Translations under genes and position numbers: made by a program
In this document: positions 8,393 through 17,837 of the stretch, in pieces
How the letters are laid out: every line of letters starts with the position of its first letter
How positions within the stretch are numbered: position 1 is the stretch's first letter
Assembly: GCA_050250255.1 (NCBI GenBank)
Contig: JBFWOZ010000006.1
Span: forward strand, 30,887-94,886
From: Bdellovibrionales bacterium
GTDB taxonomy: Bacteria > Bdellovibrionota > Bdellovibrionia > Bdellovibrionales > DASUEL01
Length of the DNA: 64,000 nucleotides
Direction: 5' to 3'
Notes under the pieces: generated by a model
Seen by the model: the letters and a program-made list of their open reading frames with translations, nothing else
Database searches by the model: none
What the model was told of the DNA's origin: nothing

Positions 8393-10635
8393 ATGTCTAG
8401 GCTGGTTCTCAGTTTATGAAGTGAGTTTCCAAATTTTCCAATAAATCGATTACGCTGACGGATTCTCGAAGCGTCCATAAGCATCCGGCCAGCCCATCGA
8501 TAAACATTGAACTCCTGAATGAGCCCACGCATATTGCGCATTCGGTCTTTCTGTTCTCCTTCTGGCATTTCCAAAGCCATTTTTACTGCGGCTGCGGATT
8601 GGTCTATGTCATAGGGGTTGATGATGAGCGCCTCAGGCAGCTCTCTTGATGCTCCAGCAAATTGACTTAAAATCAAAACGCCTCGCTCATCATCCCTAGC
8701 AGCAACAAACTCTTTAGCGACCAAATTCATTCCGTCATGAAGGCTGCTCACAAAACAGAAGTCTGCTGCTCGAAAATATTTGTATACTTGGTCTGGTTCA
8801 TGGTGCTCGATTTTGAGACAAATAGGGTCAATCCCATTTTTTGAAAATCTTAAATTTATTTTTCTTGCTAATGCCCTTACCTGAGCATCGAACTGCTGAT
8901 ATTGTTCGATTGTAGACCTGCTCGGTGCTGCGATCTGAATAAAACTGAATTTTCCGACCCACTCCGGCTCTAATTCAAGAAAACGTTCAATGGCACAAAA
9001 TCTTTCGATAATTCCTTTTGTATAATCGAGTCGATCAACCCCTACTCCAATCTTAATATCGGGGGAAAACCCATTCAACTTGCGCACTTCGGTTCGACAA
9101 TCTCTTGCTGGCGCTAAATCTTTCATCCAACGTGACGGCCATTCAATTGATATTGGATAATGTTTTACTGCTGTGAGTTTTCCGCCATAGGAAATCGTTA
9201 AGGTTTCCTGGTCGATTCGACACTCTATAAATCTATCTACGGTATCAATAAAGTTATTGCAGTGAAACCTTGTGTGAAATCCTAAGATACTGCTGCCCAG
9301 TAGGCCATCTAGTATTTCGTTTCTCCAGGGGCATATCCCAAATGCTTCGGGATTGGGCCAAGGAATGTGCCAGAATGAAATGATTGTTGCATTAGGGAGC
9401 TCCTTACGAATCATTCTTGGTAGGAGAGCCAAGTGGTAGTCTTGAACCAGAATAACTGGATCTTGCGTTTTAGCTTCTTCAACGACTGCTTGTGCGAATT
9501 TTTTGTTTGCAGCCACATATTGCTTCCAGTCCTCTCCACGAAATATCGGGCGTGTGTGAGCAATATGACATAAGGGCCAAAGACCCTCGTTTGCAAAGCC
9601 GTAATAGTAACCCTGCTCTTCTTCTTTGGTGAGCCAAACTCTTCGTATTTGATAGGAAGGATTATCTGGTGGAACCTGAACGTGATCTTTTTTGTCAACC
9701 ACTTCGCGGTCGGCCGTTCCACTGCCATGAGCAATCCAGGTCCCAGAACAAGCTCTCATAACCGGCTCTAATGCAGTTACAAGACCGCTCGCTGGAAGCT
9801 GTACCTCAATTTTTCCGTCATGATGATTGTGGATATAAGGCTCTCTATTAGAAACTATGAGAATTTCATCACCCTCAAAGTCGCCATGTAGAATTTCCTT
9901 TAATGCCTGTGGACTCCATGTAATTTGATTTTCGTCTCGGGCTTTACGATCAGCTTCGAGATCACGCACTAAAGCACGAAGATCTTTTGCAATAGGTCGA
10001 AGCTCGGGCCTCATTAATCTCAAGGCGGGCTTTAGCAAACCTTCTCCGCGAATGATGGAGCGAATACCTGAGACCCATCCCTTCCAACTCAGCTGAGCAA
10101 CAATTACGGTAATCACGGAAATAACCACACCGAGAATCGCAAAGAGCAAAAAAACATACCATTTCGTATCTGAACTTCTTTTCTGTACAAAACTCATGTC
10201 GTGAATGAGAACAAGGTGGCCCAAGCTTTTCGACTCCTCTTGAATCGGCTGAAATGCTATGTGCAAAAGACCTTGCGGATGATTTACGGTCGAACTTGTT
10301 TTTTTTCCCAGCTCTGAAGCCTCAGTGCATTTAATTTCAGAAGGAAAAGTCTTAGTTTTATAAATTAATTTTTTTGAAGGATCACAAAATCCCAAAGCAT
10401 AAAGCCTCTCGTCTTGAACCATTCGATTAAAAAGTTTTTCTACCTTGGGTGTTGAGTTTTGAGAAATGTACGACGACAATGTGTCTTGCACAGAGCTTGC
10501 GACAAGCTGCGCACGAATCTCAAGATCTCGAGAGAACCATTTTAGAGTAAGCGCATCCACGAGTGGCACCAGGGCGTAAGCTACGAGCCCAAGAACTAAA
10601 ATCAATGGAAAAATAAATCGAAGAGACAGCCGCAT
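8389..10635 (-). CDS. otsA: Trehalose-6-phosphate synthase (GT20) with N-terminal TM-periplasmic-TM-HAMP-like extension
   Basis: GT20 motifs VSNREP, SGLVTAL, QDYHLALLP, FWHIPWP, GVDRLDYTKG, DGMNLVAKEF. About 240 aa N-terminal module with two TM helices. Start moved to ATG 10635 (MRLSLRF) because the longer ORF overlaps the divergent gene. Confidence 0.92.
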   Translation of the reverse strand: MRLSLRFIFPLILVLGLVAYALVPLVDALTLKWFSRDLEIRAQLVASSVQDTLSSYISQNSTPKVEKLFNRMVQDERLYALGFCDPSKKLIYKTKTFPSEIKCTEASELGKKTSSTVNHPQGLLHIAFQPIQEESKSLGHLVLIHDMSFVQKRSSDTKWYVFLLFAILGVVISVITVIVAQLSWKGWVSGIRSIIRGEGLLKPALRLMRPELRPIAKDLRALVRDLEADRKARDENQITWSPQALKEILHGDFEGDEILIVSNREPYIHNHHDGKIEVQLPASGLVTALEPVMRACSGTWIAHGSGTADREVVDKKDHVQVPPDNPSYQIRRVWLTKEEEQGYYYGFANEGLWPLCHIAHTRPIFRGEDWKQYVAANKKFAQAVVEEAKTQDPVILVQDYHLALLPRMIRKELPNATIISFWHIPWPNPEAFGICPWRNEILDGLLGSSILGFHTRFHCNNFIDTVDRFIECRIDQETLTISYGGKLTAVKHYPISIEWPSRWMKDLAPARDCRTEVRKLNGFSPDIKIGVGVDRLDYTKGIIERFCAIERFLELEPEWVGKFSFIQIAAPSRSTIEQYQQFDAQVRALARKINLRFSKNGIDPICLKIEHHEPDQVYKYFRAADFCFVSSLHDGMNLVAKEFVAARDDERGVLILSQFAGASRELPEALIINPYDIDQSAAAVKMALEMPEGEQKDRMRNMRGLIQEFNVYRWAGRMLMDASRIRQRNRFIGKFGNSLHKLRTSLDI

Positions 10636-10641
10636 GTCTGG

Positions 10642-10683
10642 ACAATAAACATACTTTACTTTGATATCAAATGAAAATATGAT
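10642..10683. promoter_or_regulatory. Overlapping divergent sigma70 promoters (both leaderless) with central palindrome
   Basis: Plus: TTTACT-N17-TATGAT-N6-ATG(10690). Minus: TTGATA-N17-TATTGT-N6-ATG(10635). Palindrome TTTGATATCAAA at 10660-10671. Confidence 0.75.
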
Positions 10684-10689
10684 ATTTTG

Positions 10690-12465
10690 ATGTACCCATA
10701 TGGACTTATCGGAAACTGCCAAGCCTCCGCCTTAATTAGCGATCAGGGATCCATCGATTGGCTTTGTTTGCCACGCCCTGACAGCCCGCCCGTTTTTGGG
10801 AAAATCCTAGATCCGGAGGGTGGTCAATTTTCAATACGACCTGTTGGAAACTTTAAAAGTCATCAGTACTACATACCAAATACGAACGTGCTAGTAACTC
10901 ATTTCAACTGCGAAGACGGTAGTGAATTCCAAATCACTGACTTTTGCCCCAGATTTGATCAATACGGACGGAAATTTCGTCCAATGGCGCTATTCAGAAT
11001 TGTAGAGCCTCTTAAGGGTACGCCCCAAATAACAGTTTCGTGTGCGCCTGTGAATGGCTGGGAAAAAAAACAAGTAAAACCAATTTTTGGAAATAGTCAT
11101 TTGAAGTTTCCAATTCGAGGAGATTATTTTCGTGTCATTACAAGTATGCCACTCACGTACTTCGCTGGCGAAATCCAATGTTCCGTTAACGAGAAAATAT
11201 ATTTCGGACTGACCTGGAGTACGGGGCTGGAAGAAGATTTGGCTGTAATTGCAAATAGATTTTTAGACTCTACAATCGATTATTGGCGATCTTGGGTAAA
11301 ACATTGCTCAATACCAGCCCTCTTTCAAAAGGAAACAATTCGGTCGGCACTTGCACTTAAACTACACTGCTACGAGGACACTGGGGCAATTCTTGCCGCT
11401 TTAACAAGTAGTTTGCCAGAGGAAATTGGTAGCTTTCGCAACTGGGATTACCGATTTTGCTGGCTACGTGACGCCGCTTTCGTACTTTCTGCATTTCACA
11501 ACCTCGGTCATTTTGAAGAGATGGAGGGTTTTCTCAAGTTTCTTCTCGACATAGGACATAAACATGAAAACTCCAAAGAGCGCTTAAGCCCAGTTTACGC
11601 TCTTGATCAGACGCTTCCAGTTCCCGAGATCTTACATACTAACTGGAAAGGTTTTAATGGTTCTGGACCGGTGAGGAGCAACAACCAGGCGGCAGAACAT
11701 ACCCAGAATGATGTTTACGGTGAATTAATTTTAACTTTAGCCCCCATTTTTTTCGATGAGCGCTTTCAGCACCTAAGGACGAAAGAGCATCAAGAGCTGG
11801 TGCAGAATCTTTTTGATTTGTGTAAGCGGACTATTAACCAACCCGATGCGGGACTTTGGGAGCACAGAGATGGATGGAAGGTTCATACGTTTTCCAACCT
11901 CATGAGTTGGGCAGGTATCGAACGAGTTTCACGCCTAAGAGCCATGGGATTTTTACAGGACTTAAATGTGGACGAAGTGTTGTCTGCTGAGTTGAAAGCA
12001 AAAGCTTCTGTGTTATCCGCCTCCAAGGATGGAATAATTCGCAATGGCCCCAAGGACGACAGTATGGATGCGGCCCTTCTTCTCCTTCCGATTTTAAGAT
12101 TCCCTGATGCAGACTTGTGCAAATCTACGGTTTTAGAAATCGCAAAACTATTACGACTCGATGACTCTCCGCAGGGACAAAGTTTTTTATTTCGATACAT
12201 TCGAAAAGATGACTGGGGTGCCCCACGCTCTGCATTTACGATTTGTTCGTTCTGGTTAGTACAAGCTCTCTTGAAGGTGGGTGAAGTTGAGCGAGCAAGA
12301 GACGTAATGAAAAACGCGATGGGTGCCGCAAACAATCTTGGGCTGTTCGCAGAACACTTCATTCCCGGAGGCATCCAGCTGGGAAATTACCCACAAGCCT
12401 ACTCACATGTTGGGCTTATAAACGCTGCTTTCAATATTAGTCCCAGCTGGGGTGAGATCCTTTAG
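10690..12465 (+). CDS. GH15 glycoside hydrolase, probable trehalase
   Basis: YGLIGNC, IDWLCLPRPDSP, TSSLPEEIGSFRNWDYRFCWLRDA, QNDVYGE, DAGLWE, GLFAEH, LGNYPQAYSHVGLIN. Confidence 0.9.
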   Translation: MYPYGLIGNCQASALISDQGSIDWLCLPRPDSPPVFGKILDPEGGQFSIRPVGNFKSHQYYIPNTNVLVTHFNCEDGSEFQITDFCPRFDQYGRKFRPMALFRIVEPLKGTPQITVSCAPVNGWEKKQVKPIFGNSHLKFPIRGDYFRVITSMPLTYFAGEIQCSVNEKIYFGLTWSTGLEEDLAVIANRFLDSTIDYWRSWVKHCSIPALFQKETIRSALALKLHCYEDTGAILAALTSSLPEEIGSFRNWDYRFCWLRDAAFVLSAFHNLGHFEEMEGFLKFLLDIGHKHENSKERLSPVYALDQTLPVPEILHTNWKGFNGSGPVRSNNQAAEHTQNDVYGELILTLAPIFFDERFQHLRTKEHQELVQNLFDLCKRTINQPDAGLWEHRDGWKVHTFSNLMSWAGIERVSRLRAMGFLQDLNVDEVLSAELKAKASVLSASKDGIIRNGPKDDSMDAALLLLPILRFPDADLCKSTVLEIAKLLRLDDSPQGQSFLFRYIRKDDWGAPRSAFTICSFWLVQALLKVGEVERARDVMKNAMGAANNLGLFAEHFIPGGIQLGNYPQAYSHVGLINAAFNISPSWGEIL

Positions 12466-13400
12466 GCAGCCGATGCAGACGGAGCACTTTTTTGCCTCTT
12501 GGCAATTTTTAAAATAAAGCGCGTATTCGAAGATGAGCTGTCATAGGAAAGAAGTCCTCCATGATTTTCAGCGATTTTTTTTGATATACTGAGCCCTATT
12601 CCAGTCCCCTTTCCTATTTCTTTCGTTGTAAAAAAGGGTTGAAAGAGTTTTTTTACAACTTCATCGGGAATTTTATTCCCGCAGTCTGTAACTGAAAACT
12701 CCACATAATTATCCGATTCGGCCACTTTCAACTCGATCCATTTATTATCAAATTTTTGAACGGCGTCTAAAGAGTTATTCAATAGATTCAGAAGTGCTTG
12801 GCACACCTCAACTTCACGACATTCCGCCTTCATGTTTGGCTCAAGGTCAATGATTCTCAGGGTGACATTATGTTGTTTAAATTTCTCAGAACAAAAAATA
12901 AGTACGTCTTCTATAATTTTTTTAATCGGTACTTCTAAAAAGGAGTCTTTACTTCCATCTCTAGAAAAGTCCCTCAAACTCTTTATTATCTTTGCTACTC
13001 TCCAGGCACTCGCTTCGATTTGCTTGAGCGCATCAACAAGTGTCTCTTCACTTAAACTGTTATCCTCCCTTTGCTCTATCAATTGACTGGCGAGAATGCT
13101 TATTAAACCGATTGGATTATTGATCTCATGAGCAATGCCCCCTGCCATTTCACCTAAAGTCGCAAATTTTGCCGAATGCGCAGTTTTAGCTTTTTCTAGG
13201 TCCAACGCCTGCCAGCGCTCTTGCATTTCCTTTGAGGAAATATTCAAGGCTCTTTCTAGAAGATATCTCTCCTGGTCACAGTCCAAATAAACCTTATTAA
13301 CCCGCTCCAAAAAATCCTGCCACTTACTTATTTCCGCAGGCAAACTGCCTTGCTCAAGAGACAGAAGTTTAAGTTGTCGTGCCAATAATTTATGGATCAC
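12462..13400 (-). CDS. Cytoplasmic sensor histidine kinase (HisKA + HATPase)
   Basis: H-box AHEINNP, N-box LLNLLNNSLDA, FFTTKEIGKGTGIGL. No TM. Coupled to the FIST gene. Confidence 0.9.
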   Translation of the reverse strand: MIHKLLARQLKLLSLEQGSLPAEISKWQDFLERVNKVYLDCDQERYLLERALNISSKEMQERWQALDLEKAKTAHSAKFATLGEMAGGIAHEINNPIGLISILASQLIEQREDNSLSEETLVDALKQIEASAWRVAKIIKSLRDFSRDGSKDSFLEVPIKKIIEDVLIFCSEKFKQHNVTLRIIDLEPNMKAECREVEVCQALLNLLNNSLDAVQKFDNKWIELKVAESDNYVEFSVTDCGNKIPDEVVKKLFQPFFTTKEIGKGTGIGLSISKKIAENHGGLLSYDSSSSNTRFILKIAKRQKSAPSASAA

Positions 13401-14545
13401 GCAGCCTCTTCCTCACTTATTGTTGTGAGAGTCATTGTTTGATTGTGCAGCTCACAAGATTGTCCTTTAACAAAAGGTGAAATTTCACCATAAGAATAAA
13501 ATCCCACTTGTTGTGTGCCTGCAGGAAGCCTTTCAAGTGTGGCTTCGACCTCCTCGTCAATTCGCTCTCCCAACACAAGTCTTCGCCCAACACAACTGAT
13601 GGCTATTGCCAACCGTGGCTCTTTCTCGCCCCCCTTATCTAACAATTCTGCTGCAGTAGAAGCTCCTTCAATAAGCCGTTCAAAATTTGCTCTCATAAGC
13701 TGTGCTAGCGATCCTTGTGGGATATTCCCCGCAAAAGTCATTGTCTGCTTTAATTCGTCAACCGCCAAAATAGTTCTTACAATACGCTTGTTATCGTTTT
13801 CATTGAGACGAATCTGCAAAGGAAAAAGCAATGCAGCCGCAGGAAGACCTTTCGCTTCGTCTCCTAAATATTCTTTATAGAGGCTAAGAGCGGGCTTGCC
13901 ATCAAGTTCATACAAGACGTTGGCTTCAGATTTAGTCACGATTCTTTCTGGACCAAAAATATCCCAACCACCTTGAGAACTATGACCTAATTTAATTTTA
14001 TTTCCATAAAAGCCAACTGCAGAAATATGACCTGAGACGGGTAGACCATTGTTCAAAGTCCATGTTTCTTTAAAGTCACTTCCGTCACCCGCAAGGCCGC
14101 CAGTAACGATAACTTTTGGGGAGAGATTTTCACTCAACCCTCTAACTAAATCACTGCCATTAATTTTTAAACCGTCTGATAAAACAAAAACGCCAGATAG
14201 TTCCGGTGTATTCAATTTCTCAGCGAGTTTTTTTCCAGCATCAAACGACTGTGACATTTCACCTATGTGCATTGTAGCCATTTTAACTTTCGTATGAGAG
14301 AACTGAGCAATCGCAACTGATAGGCTGTGATCATAAACGTGGTTATTAAATATTTCTCCTGCCCCCGAGCAGCCAATTAAAAGAGACCTCGGGAATTTTT
14401 GTTTCAGATCCTCAAAAATCGTTTTATCATTTCTACAGTCAGGAGCGCCAAAGACAAATATGACCGTTGATGGGGAATCAAGACTGGTGTCGAAATTGTT
14501 TTTGTGCCCGTCTTTTGGAACATATCTATACGTTTTTAGTTTCAT
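13397..14545 (-). CDS. FIST (NosP-like) signal-input protein
   Basis: GCSGAGEI, GGLAGDG, SEANVLYELDGKPA, ISCVGRRLVLG, GFYSYGEI, LHNQTMT. Confidence 0.92.
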   Translation of the reverse strand: MKLKTYRYVPKDGHKNNFDTSLDSPSTVIFVFGAPDCRNDKTIFEDLKQKFPRSLLIGCSGAGEIFNNHVYDHSLSVAIAQFSHTKVKMATMHIGEMSQSFDAGKKLAEKLNTPELSGVFVLSDGLKINGSDLVRGLSENLSPKVIVTGGLAGDGSDFKETWTLNNGLPVSGHISAVGFYGNKIKLGHSSQGGWDIFGPERIVTKSEANVLYELDGKPALSLYKEYLGDEAKGLPAAALLFPLQIRLNENDNKRIVRTILAVDELKQTMTFAGNIPQGSLAQLMRANFERLIEGASTAAELLDKGGEKEPRLAIAISCVGRRLVLGERIDEEVEATLERLPAGTQQVGFYSYGEISPFVKGQSCELHNQTMTLTTISEEEAA

Positions 14546-14678
14546 ACTTCCCCTCGATCTGTTGGCGATATGCCGTCGTTAATTATTTTTAAAATATTTT
14601 CTATAACCGATTGTACGCATGATCTTTCTCGTGACAATTTTCAAAATCGATAGATTTTTCCGTACTTTGCATAGGTAC

Positions 14679-14706
14679 TGGTCGGCAAAAAATGAGGCCG
14701 CCTCAA
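14679..14706 (-). promoter_or_regulatory. Possible sigma28 (FliA) promoter for the FIST-kinase operon
   Basis: Minus strand TGAG-N15-GCCGACCA. Confidence 0.4.
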
Positions 14707-14860
14707 TAGGTTTAGCTGTTTATAGCCTTATCAAATTGAGGACATTGTTTGTGCTTTATGAAAAGCAAGACTTTGGTCTTAAGATAACTGTTTGATGCGA
14801 AAGTTTCGTCTCATCCTCATACGGCAGAGCCTTAAAGCCCTGCCGTAACGAGACGGTCAT

Positions 14861-15220
14861 TTACTTCCCTGTAAAATTAGCAGCAACAAAATCACCATTT
14901 GGCTTTAAAAAGATGAAAAGTTTTTTTCCTTTTTCGCCCTTTTCATTATTAAACGTGACGAGCCACTCTGTCTTTTTGCCAGTTCCCTTTTTTTCGGCTT
15001 TATCAAAAGTAGCGTCCACCCATGAGCCATCTATCTTGCCGATTTTAACCAGTCTCTTGACATGCAAAGCTCCAGCCTCTTGCGCAGACTGCTCGGTTAA
15101 AGCGGGTGCATCGTGAGTGTGCGTCTTGCCATCTTCGTGAGCATGTCCATGGGAGTGTCCTGGGCCTGCAAAGCTTACGGAACTATAAACAGTGAGTGCT
15201 AATATTAATAACGATTTCAT
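14861..15220 (-). CDS. His-rich periplasmic protein (DUF6488-like)
   Basis: SD AAGGAG before ATG 15220. Signal peptide, then GPGHSHGHAHEDGKTHTH. Confidence 0.75.
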   Translation of the reverse strand: MKSLLILALTVYSSVSFAGPGHSHGHAHEDGKTHTHDAPALTEQSAQEAGALHVKRLVKIGKIDGSWVDATFDKAEKKGTGKKTEWLVTFNNEKGEKGKKLFIFLKPNGDFVAANFTGK

Positions 15221-15230
15221 AAATTCTCCT

Positions 15231-16007
15231 TTATAAATTGTCATGTTGAGGGACATTGGTTTCTGGTTCATCGATACTTAGATGGTGATGGATATGGTTG
15301 TCTTCACTAAAGCCAAATTCGTCGGGATGAGAAGTGTGCAAATATCCATGCAGCTGCATGAGTAACAACATAAACCCCGCAAGAATCAGCGCATCGTTAG
15401 CCACCTTGGCAAATCTCATAAACCCTTGGGTTTTGCGAATTCCTGAGAGCAAGAGAAGCATGACTGTGAGAGCGACGATCTGCCCAAGCTCGACGCCTAT
15501 GTTGAAGGAGATGATTCTCATGAGCATTTCTCCGCCCTTTTCACCGAGTGGCAACTGCTGCAGTCGTGTAGAGAGTCCAAAGCCGTGAATGAGTCCAAAG
15601 GTAAAAACCATAAACAAAAGGTTGGGGGCGGATTTCATACCAAAATAATTCTGAAACCCTTTGTTGTTATCAAAACCCTTGTAACAAACACTGATCGCTA
15701 TCACCGCGTCGATAAGCCAGTAGTTGGCGGTGATTCCCATAAACGTTGCAAAGATGAGCGTAATACTATGACCAAGCGTAAATACGCTAATAAACCTAAT
15801 AATATCTTTAACGTTCGTCAGAAAGAAAATCACACCGAACAAAAAGAGCAAATGATCGTAGCCCGTAATCATGTGCTCAGCACCAAGCATGACGTATTGG
15901 AGGTAACCCCCTTCAATCATTGCTTTTTTAGCTTCTTCACTTAATCCGTGAGCAAGCGAGTTGTTGGCATACAAAAACGCAAACAAGCTCAATACAAATT
16001 TAAACAT
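15231..16007 (-). CDS. HupE/UreJ-family Ni/Co/Zn permease
   Basis: GAEHMITGYDHLLFL, FTLGHSITL, FGLIHGFGL, FNIGVELGQ. His-rich tail. Confidence 0.9.
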   Translation of the reverse strand: MFKFVLSLFAFLYANNSLAHGLSEEAKKAMIEGGYLQYVMLGAEHMITGYDHLLFLFGVIFFLTNVKDIIRFISVFTLGHSITLIFATFMGITANYWLIDAVIAISVCYKGFDNNKGFQNYFGMKSAPNLLFMVFTFGLIHGFGLSTRLQQLPLGEKGGEMLMRIISFNIGVELGQIVALTVMLLLLSGIRKTQGFMRFAKVANDALILAGFMLLLMQLHGYLHTSHPDEFGFSEDNHIHHHLSIDEPETNVPQHDNL

Positions 16008-16047
16008 ATATTCTCCCGTTTTATAATTTAGTTTTGATAAATGAAAA

Positions 16048-16425
16048 CTAAACTATGGGAGGACGAAAAATCCCGAATGTGTGGGGATTGGATATTAGTT
16101 TGTGTTCTGCAAAACCAACAGAGGGGTCACACTCTGGAAAACTCATCGTGCAAACCGTAGGTAGATACATACCGGTAGTAGAAGTTTGAAATGCTTTTGA
16201 GTGCTCATGGTGATGTTCGTGTTCTGCTCCATCTGCGCTATGCTTATGAACATGTGCGTGAGCTTCATTGGTATCGTCAATGTTCTCGTGATGAATTAGA
16301 GTGTAGTCTGAAAATTCATCGAGATGTTCTTGAATGTTATTCATATCGACCACGGCAACGGCCGGAAGCCATCCCGTGAGGAAAACCAATAAAACGCGAA
16401 ATAATTTTCTCGAAAGCTGCGCCAC
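16048..16425 (-). CDS. His-rich hypothetical membrane/exported protein ending RPP
   Basis: HAHVHKH...HEHHHEH. C-terminal IFRPPIV. First gene of the hupE cluster. Confidence 0.65.
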   Translation of the reverse strand: MAQLSRKLFRVLLVFLTGWLPAVAVVDMNNIQEHLDEFSDYTLIHHENIDDTNEAHAHVHKHSADGAEHEHHHEHSKAFQTSTTGMYLPTVCTMSFPECDPSVGFAEHKLISNPHTFGIFRPPIV

Positions 16426-16518
16426 TCTCTAACTCTAAAGTAGAGTTTTCAGTTGATAAAGGTATTTGATTTTATGATTCTTTGCGCAAGTAGTAACCTA
16501 TCGATTTCCTACTTCAGT

Positions 16519-17760
16519 TTATCGCTTAGGTATTTTCTTAGCGATCATAAACATCATGACGAGCGTTAATATAGCAGCACCACAGACGACGTTTCCAAGG
16601 ATATCAAAACGCTCGATCTTTCCCGAAGTTTGCTGAATGACAATAAACCCCGCAAGTGCTGAGGCCACACCACCCGAGATTTGCTGCAAAGAAGAGCTCA
16701 CTGACATGAAGGCGCCCCTACTTCTCGGCTCCGGTACGGAAGACATCAGAGCTTGTGAGGGAATCATTCTTGAGAAGATCCCAATAAACAAAACCGCGTT
16801 CACGATAATGACCGCATAAAGAGGTGAAACATCCATGCGAGTGTAAATACTCACCATGAGAATCGACAGTAGGGTACCGAAAATAAAAATCGGCATTTTT
16901 CCAAATTGATCGCTCGCGCGTCCCACCAGAGGTCCTGTAACCATCGCACAGAGGCCGGTCACCATATAAATCAGAGGAAGATCGCTGACTGCAATCCCCA
17001 TATTGTTCACGGTGAAGGCGCTCGCAAATGGCATAATCATAAATCCGCCCGTACTTAAAAGCGCGGTGGTTAAAAAAGCTTGAAGATAGAGCGGCGTTGA
17101 GATGGTTTCCGCTAAGTGATGCATCGCTTTGCGATCTGTCTGAAGCTTCAGATGTTCATCGATGGGTTTCAGGTAAATAAAAATAATAACGCCCGCGACA
17201 AGTCCTAAAAGCACAATCATTACAAACGGCGCATGCCATCCCCATACGTTTGAGAGATATAAACTAAAAGGAAGACCAAAAACTTGGCTTACGGCAAAAG
17301 CCGTTTGCACAAATCCCATCACACGCCCTCGCATTTCAAAGGGAAATAGATCGGTTACAATTGCAAAAACAACAGACCCAAGAACCCCACCAAAAACGCC
17401 CGTCACGAGGCGCGCGAAAAGTAAAAAATAATAGCTGGTCGCAAGCGCACAAAGAAGGGTGCCTACAAGAAAGCCTACATAAAAAAACATCAATAATTTT
17501 TTACGGTCATAGCGATCGGCAAATCCGCTCGCAAGAAAACCGGCTATCCCAGCGCTGAAAGCATAAATCGAAACCACAAAGCCAAACTCCTGTGGAGTGA
17601 TTTGAAAAGCCGGCATCAGAATAGCGCCAAGCGGAGACAAAATCATAAAATCGAGGATGATCGTGAATTGTAAAAACACGAGAATGCCCACAACTAATTT
17701 TTGATAAGATGAAAACTTTTGATTGCTTGCTGGTGCTGGCGAAACTTGAGGATTTTCCAT
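16519..17760 (-). CDS. MFS transporter (DHA1-like)
   Basis: Polytopic pattern consistent with 12 TM. Motif A (ADRYDRKK), second repeat GRASDQFGK. Confidence 0.92.
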   Translation of the reverse strand: MENPQVSPAPASNQKFSSYQKLVVGILVFLQFTIILDFMILSPLGAILMPAFQITPQEFGFVVSIYAFSAGIAGFLASGFADRYDRKKLLMFFYVGFLVGTLLCALATSYYFLLFARLVTGVFGGVLGSVVFAIVTDLFPFEMRGRVMGFVQTAFAVSQVFGLPFSLYLSNVWGWHAPFVMIVLLGLVAGVIIFIYLKPIDEHLKLQTDRKAMHHLAETISTPLYLQAFLTTALLSTGGFMIMPFASAFTVNNMGIAVSDLPLIYMVTGLCAMVTGPLVGRASDQFGKMPIFIFGTLLSILMVSIYTRMDVSPLYAVIIVNAVLFIGIFSRMIPSQALMSSVPEPRSRGAFMSVSSSLQQISGGVASALAGFIVIQQTSGKIERFDILGNVVCGAAILTLVMMFMIAKKIPKR

Positions 17761-17837
17761 TTTTTAAGTTTGAACTCCTGGGTGGTGGAGTCAAGCTCGA
17801 GCTGGACAAAAAGTTGACGAGCACCTATGAGATAAGG

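Noticed and set aside
10636..10722. Longer otsA start at 10722
   Set aside because: Overlaps the divergent GH15 gene. Promoter geometry and TM1 position favour ATG 10635.
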